Source of the DNA: the human T2T-CHM13v2.0 reference genome, Homo sapiens
DNA: 64,000 bases
Direction: 5' to 3' (one strand)
NCBI RefSeq assembly: GCF_009914755.1
Contig: NC_060944.1
Shown one piece after another: positions 43,805 to 64,000 of the stretch; within the stretch, counting starts at the first letter, position 1, and each line of letters starts with the position of its first letter. Below the pieces are notes generated by a model. That model saw nothing but the letters and a program-made list of their open reading frames with translations, was not told the origin of the DNA and made no database searches. A program made the translations under genes and the position numbers.

Positions 43805-45687
43805 GCTGCGCTCCGGGGGCCGGTGGGGGACTGTTCCAGCCCCCGGGAGGAAGCCCGCTTGGGGCCCTGGTGGGGGGCCCAGCTTCATAGGATCCCACCC
43901 CAGGAGAGGGCCGATCCTGCACCGGACCTGAGTGAGCGCGCGGGGGGACGGATTTGTTTGGTTTCAAAAGTGCACGTTGCTAACCGCCAGCAGGGCCCCC
44001 CCGCCGCCGAGCCGGACAGGGGGCGGCCGAGAGTGACAGCTGGGGGTGGGGGCCGCGGGAAGGGCCCGGAGCGGGGGGGCCCTGGGGAGCCCGCGCGAGT
44101 TCCCCTTTCCTTTGGAACAAAGGAAAGTCTGTCTCCGAGGCATCTGTCACTCCCAGGCTGGCCAAGGAAGCGGGGCGCGTGGGGCCGGCGCCCCGGAGAA
44201 AGTTTGTTCGCGCCGGGACCCTCGGGCAGGCCGAAGGTGATCCAAGCCTCCCGCGGGAGAAGCGCGTAGTCTCCGGGGCAGGGGGCGGCCAACATGGAGT
44301 CTGGGCGCAGGGCTGGGGGGGGGGGGGGGCGGCGCGGAGGTGGGAGCCCAGCCCCCTCCCCTCCCTTCCCCTCCCCTCCCCCTCCGGGCCCAGTTCGGAG
44401 CACAAAGCCGAGCGCGCACGCTCCGCCGTCCCCGCGCCCCGAAGAGTCGGCCAGCCCCGAACTGCCGGAGTAGGGGTGGGAACCAAACTTTTTCCTGCCC
44501 CGGGACAGACACGTGAGTTTTCTTTCTTCCAGAGCCCCCGTCCCACCGGGATGGCGGGCCCGCGCGGGAGCTGGTGCGCGGAGTCGGCCCGGGGTGTGGG
44601 GACTGTGGGGTGCAAGCGCCCCGAGCGCCGGACGATTCCTCGCCGACCCAGGAGCCATGTGCTCCGACTCGGTCTGGGCCGCGGGGGAGGTTGCGCGCTT
44701 TGTCTGAACTGCTGGGAATGCGGGCGTGAGTGCGCGGCCCGGGGGAGTGTCGGGACCAGCTAGGGGAGTTGTCAGAAAGTTCGTGCGGGAGTGGCTGCAG
44801 GTGGCGTCGTGGGAGTCTGTAGGAGGGTGTACGGGATGTTGTGTCGAGGGGTTGCTGCCACAGGTCACTGAGGGTAGAACTGATTGTTAGTGTGATGACG
44901 CCTGGAGTTTTCCCTGTCGGAGAGATCGGGGGTGGCCGGGTCGGTTGGAGTTCGTGGGTGGGCGGGTACAGAAGTTGGGCTAGTTGTGTGGGTCACAGTT
45001 GTTCGTGCTAGGCCTGGGGTCTGTAAGCTGTGCGTGTGCGTGCTGTATGCGTCGGTGAAAACCCTAGGGTTTGTAAGGCTTGAGCGATGGGTCCGGGCCA
45101 GTTATCCTAGCGCTGTTGGTTAATTGCCTGGCGTGAGTGTGTCTGGGTGCGGTGTGGGGTGCATATGTGGGAAGCCTCCCAGACTACAGATGGCCCTGTG
45201 TGGCGGAACACCGAGGTGGAGAAGTTTGTGTAGACTGAGGGGTCATTCCCCAGGGCCCACCCGGGGAACCCTGCAGACAGACTTGGCTGGCAGCCAGGGT
45301 GGAATTTGTACAGATAACCTTGAGTACTTCTCACAGCCGGCCAGGGCTGCATCACTGAGCCCAGATCCCAGCTGCCCTGGCCACCTAGAAATGGCTGTCT
45401 GACCTCAGAAAGCAGCCTGCAGTGGTGCTCTCTGAGGAGTGGCACGTCTAACCAGTGCCTGTCTCACCTCCAGGTGGCCTGACTGAAAGGGTAGACCCTT
45501 CCCTCGAAAGCCTGGCCTAGCCAGCCCAGAGATCTGGGCTCGGGTCCAAGAAGAGGAAACAAAACCTGGGAGATGCCAGAGTCTGTTGGCCGGCCTGCTG
45601 GGGAGCTGTTAAAAGGCTGAGAAGGGAGGAGCCTTGAGATCCTGGCATCAGCCTGGCCTAGAACTTTTGCTTTTAAAATGAAAATCT

Positions 45688-60715
<15,028 letters not shown>

Positions 60716-60765
60716 ATAGCTGTTTTAGATTAAGCAAATTGATCGGTCTTGTATATTCATTCCAG

Positions 60766-61287
60766 ATATGTAACTGGTTCATCAATGCCCGGCGGCGGCT
60801 TCTCCCAGACATGCTTCGGAAGGATGGCAAAGACCCTAATCAGTTTACCATTTCCCGCCGCGGGGGTAAGGCCTCAGATGTGGCCCTCCCCCGTGGCAGC
60901 AGCCCCTCAGTGCTGGCTGTGTCTGTCCCAGCCCCCACCAATGTGCTCTCCCTGTCTGTGTGCTCCATGCCGCTTCACTCAGGCCAGGGGGAAAAGCCAG
61001 CAGCCCCTTTCCCACGTGGGGAGCTGGAGTCTCCCAAGCCCCTGGTGACCCCTGGTAGCACACTTACTCTGCTGACCAGGGCTGAGGCTGGAAGCCCCAC
61101 AGGTGGACTCTTCAACACGCCACCACCCACACCCCCAGAGCAGGACAAAGAGGACTTCAGCAGCTTCCAGCTGCTGGTGGAGGTGGCGCTACAGAGGGCT
61201 GCTGAGATGGAGCTTCAGAAGCAGCAGGACCCATCACTCCCATTACTGCACACTCCCATCCCTTTAGTCTCTGAAAATCCCCAGTAG
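60766..61287 (+). CDS. TGIF2: TGFB-induced factor homeobox 2, last coding exon (gene exon 3)
   Basis: Acceptor TTCATTCCAG| at 60765. Encodes homeodomain helix 3 ICNWFINARRR, the TPPPTP motif (T182/T186) and the TGIF-family C-terminal repression motif FSSFQLLVEVALQRAAEME. 64+173 = 237 aa. Confidence 0.97.
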   Translation: MCNWFINARRRLLPDMLRKDGKDPNQFTISRRGGKASDVALPRGSSPSVLAVSVPAPTNVLSLSVCSMPLHSGQGEKPAAPFPRGELESPKPLVTPGSTLTLLTRAEAGSPTGGLFNTPPPTPPEQDKEDFSSFQLLVEVALQRAAEMELQKQQDPSLPLLHTPIPLVSENPQ

Positions 61288-62640
61288 GCATCTGCCAAGA
61301 AGGGTGCTGAAGGCTCCAGCCAGCTGTCCTGGGTTTCCGTTTTGGTTCCCTTTCATACAGAGGGTTTTCTATGGATCACTGCCAAACATTGGGATCATCT
61401 CCTCTGTCCAGAGGTCTTCAACAGGAAGATGCCAGCTGGCACCACTGCACTGTGATGGGGGCCCTCTCCTCTGCTGACTCTGCCGTTTCTCCAGGCCTCC
61501 GCTCAGTGATGAGACCAAGAGATCGGAGACAAGCATGGTGCTGCTGCTTCTGCTGCTTCTCCAGAAAATCCCTGGGACACCTTTGTTCCAGCCTGGTTTC
61601 CTGGGCTGGGCTCAGGAAAGCTGCCAAATTCAGTCCTATGTTGGGTCCAAGCTGCCCCTGTGCTGTTTCTGTCAAGCCAGGTGTGGACATTCCAAGTTCA
61701 TATGCGTGAACAAAAGAAAAGAGGAACCCAGTGGATGTAACAGAACCGACTCCAGTTGAATGTTTAGATTTTTGCTAAACTGTTTTCTTTTTCCCTTTTT
61801 TGCTGTGGTTTGCATTCACGGCAGTAGTTAGCCCAGGTGTGGGGAACGAGAGTGCACTGCATGATAGCGTTCTGGTGAGCTGGGAAGGACCCACCACTGC
61901 CACTGAGGATTGTTTTGGAAGAAAGGAATATTTTTATCTTGGGGACCAGCTAAGTCTCTGCAGTAGTGTGAAATTCCAAATGGTTGTTTTATCATTGGTT
62001 TGGTTTACCAAAAAAAAGGCAGGGAAAAAAAAAAAAAACAACCGTATGAGCGCATTGGCTTGTCTGCCGCAGGCACAGAAGGGTAGAAAGCCACAGCAGG
62101 GGGCAGTCCAGCAGACTCTGACTCAACTTTCTAGGCACCTAGCAGAGAAAGATAAGATCAAAAGGTGTTTGGTTTTTCTTTTAATTTTTATTGTAGTTTT
62201 TTTGGGTGGGTGGGGGAAGTAAACTAGACTGAAGCGATGGATTTTTTTTTTCTTTTTTTTCTTTAGTGTTTTTCCCTTTGTTCTTGAACACTTTTGCCCT
62301 GCAGCCTCAGTTTTGAATTCTTTTAGCAACTTGGATTAGAGGGGCCCATATGTCAGAAGCTCCCAGCACCTCCTACTTGGGAGAAAAGTGAGCCATCTGC
62401 TGGTCAGGAAGTCCTCCAGAGAGGCAGCTTTTCCCACAATGGTGGCAGGAAACTTTGGGGAAAGCAGGAATGGTGTCCACTGCTGCGGAGGAACTGCCTT
62501 CAGAGAAGGTGGGGCTGGAAAAGGGTTAGAAGCCTCCTAGCTGGGATTGTCTTTGTTTCACCTTTCTTTAAATTAGAATTACAGAAGCCCCTGCCCAGTG
62601 AACAGATAACAATTGGTCTTATGCTCCTCCCTTTCCCCCA

Positions 62641-62917
62641 TTTTTTCTTTTGCTGTTTTGTTTTTTGTTTTTTGTTTGTTTGTTTGTTTTTTTGAGACAG
62701 AGTCATGCTCTGTCACCCGGGCTGGAGTGCAGTGGTGCGATCTCAGCTCACTGTAACCTCCGCCTCCCGGGTTCAAGCAATTATTTGCCTCAGCCTCCCG
62801 AGTAGCTGGGATTATAGGCACCCGCCACCATGTCTGGCTTTTAGTAGAGACGGGGTTTCACCATCTTGGCCAGGCTGGTCTTGGAACTCCTGACCTCGTG
62901 AGCCACCACGCCCAGCC
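62641..62917 (-). mobile_element. Antisense Alu within the TGIF2 3'UTR, internally deleted
   Basis: T-rich (TTTG)n tail followed by GAGACAGAGTC...GCTGGGATTATAGGC...GAGCCACCACGCCCAGCC. Confidence 0.9.
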
Positions 62918-63769
62918 TCTTTTGCTGTTTCATTGCTGACAGTGTTCAACAATATGCCCCATCTTTATATATCCTAAGAAACACTAATCCTAGGTTATTG
63001 CTAGCCAAAATATTTTTGTCCTGAGTAGTGTCACTGGGCCAAAAGATAGATCAGGACGACAGCCTTTAGTTTTCCTGAAATCACCAGGTCAGGCACAAGG
63101 AGAAAAGGTTCCTGGATACTGACTAACTTGGGTGGGTCTAGCCAGGAGAAAGACAGTAACATGTGTTCTGTACTTTCTGGGAAGATCCCTGAAGCCATCA
63201 CAGAGGCTCCCCAACTTCTGAGTCGCCCATCTGTTGCTGTGGGAGTGTGAACGGATCGCTGAAGGAGAGGGAGCTTTGCTCTCTCTAGGTGGGCAAGTTT
63301 CCTGGGCTCTCTGTGTTGCCTCCCTCTGGCTTCTTCCTCCCGTGCCCTCTCCCCGTGTGCCCCAGGGGGATCAGGGATCCTCACCCTCCTGAGGCCCAGT
63401 GGGGAAGAATGAACATGGCTTCATCCAGGTTAACTGATGCTGCCATTTGCCCAGCCTCTTCCATCCCAGCCCTGTCAGTGAGCCCAGGTCTGGTGCAACT
63501 GCTGCAGGATGCCTGTAGTAGGGAACTCTGGAAGTGTATTGGGCTGAGGTGGGATTTTCCCTCCCCACAGTGCACTGAGCAATGGAGGGTGGTGAGGGAG
63601 CCATGCTGCTGAATTCTGGTTGGCATTTCCCCATTATGTAAAATGGGGTGTTGGGTAGGGCAGACTCTGCTTGGGTTTGGTTGTAAGATAAACCTGGAGG
63701 AGAAGCACAGTTGTCCCATTGAATTATTTGAGCAAAAACTACTGTAAATAACTTTTTTGTCTTTTGTCA

Positions 63770-63775
63770 AATAAA
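63770..63775 (+). terminator. TGIF2: TGIF2 polyadenylation signal AATAAA
   Basis: Canonical hexamer with an upstream TGTA element (63743) and U-rich flanks. Confidence 0.8.
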
Positions 63776-64000
63776 ATTTTTTTTTGTTTTTTTAAGCAGA
63801 AACAGGGTTCTTGATTGATCCACCAGGGCTCAGGGCCCAGGCTTGAAGACAAAGCAGTCACTGGCTTCTTATTTTGCTTTACATCTTTTACTCTCCCTCT
63901 AGTAGCCAGCTGTGAGTTCTGTGCACGCTGTACCCCCATTCCCTTTCACCAGCTCCATTCTGTATCCCATTCAACTCAGGGTAAAGGGGGCATTTGCATC

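Larger units (their letters stand above)
42780..45170. promoter_or_regulatory. TGIF2: Large CpG island / TGIF2 promoter (probably bidirectional)
   Basis: About 2.4 kb of very CpG-dense, TATA-less sequence. Motifs: ETS ACTTCCTG (43193-43200), MCAT CATTCCT (43260-43266), several GC boxes (43269-43335), palindromic CRE TGACGTCA (43465-43472). Confidence 0.9.
61288..63797 (+). other. TGIF2: TGIF2 3'UTR (~2.5 kb; end approximate)
   Basis: Runs from the TAG stop to the canonical AATAAA at 63770. Contains U-rich tracts, miRNA seed matches and one antisense Alu. Confidence 0.75.

Noticed and set aside
43001-44269. 422-aa + strand ORF, and the overlapping 327-aa and 211-aa minus-strand ORFs
   Set aside because: They lie in the very GC-rich CpG island where stop codons are rare. 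Composition is R/G/P/A low complexity with no recognisable domain, the 422-aa ORF has a GTG start, and it crosses the TGIF2 exon 1 donor.
44288-44473. Strong Kozak ATG (GCCAACATGG, ATG at 44294) in TGIF2 intron 1
   Set aside because: The frame closes after about 59 low-complexity codons and does not connect in frame to TGIF2. There is no evidence that it is exonic.
60739-60765. ORF-track N-terminus MIGLVYSFQ of the 182-aa ORF
   Set aside because: Intronic acceptor sequence. The true exon begins at 60766. The same applies to the extensions on the MYL9 ORFs at 17839 and 18887 and the read-through tails of the 14759 and 48651 ORFs.

Overview
Mammalian, almost certainly human, genomic DNA. The gene pair matches my recollection of chr20q11.23. 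Two spliced protein-coding genes lie on the + strand. MYL9 (smooth-muscle/non-muscle myosin regulatory light chain, 172 aa) has a non-coding exon 1 ending at 11435 and CDS join 14759-14942, 17906-18067, 18951-19123, behind a CArG/MCAT CpG-island promoter. TGIF2 (TALE homeobox Smad co-repressor, 237 aa) has a non-coding exon 1 ending at 43527, CDS join 48651-48842, 60766-61287, and a ~2.5 kb 3'UTR ending after AATAAA at 63770. The rest is extremely Alu-rich, with fossil L1, L2/MIR, Tigger/MER and MaLR LTR fragments. Nearly all other ORFs in the track are Alu or GC-rich artefacts. I see no convincing wholly new biological system. The best leads are: (1) a 66-bp minisatellite amplified from an L1 ORF2 endonuclease fossil, carrying about 13 RUNX motifs between the two genes; (2) a 117-nt in-frame GT-AG exitron inside TGIF2 exon 3; (3) tandem TGTCA sites in TGIF2's own first exon; (4) inverted Alus tightly bracketing TGIF2 exon 2; (5) a duplicated 35-bp E-box element on either side of MYL9's last coding segment; (6) a candidate MYL9 poison exon. 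Repeat subfamily names and boundaries were assigned by eye from remembered consensus sequences and are approximate.
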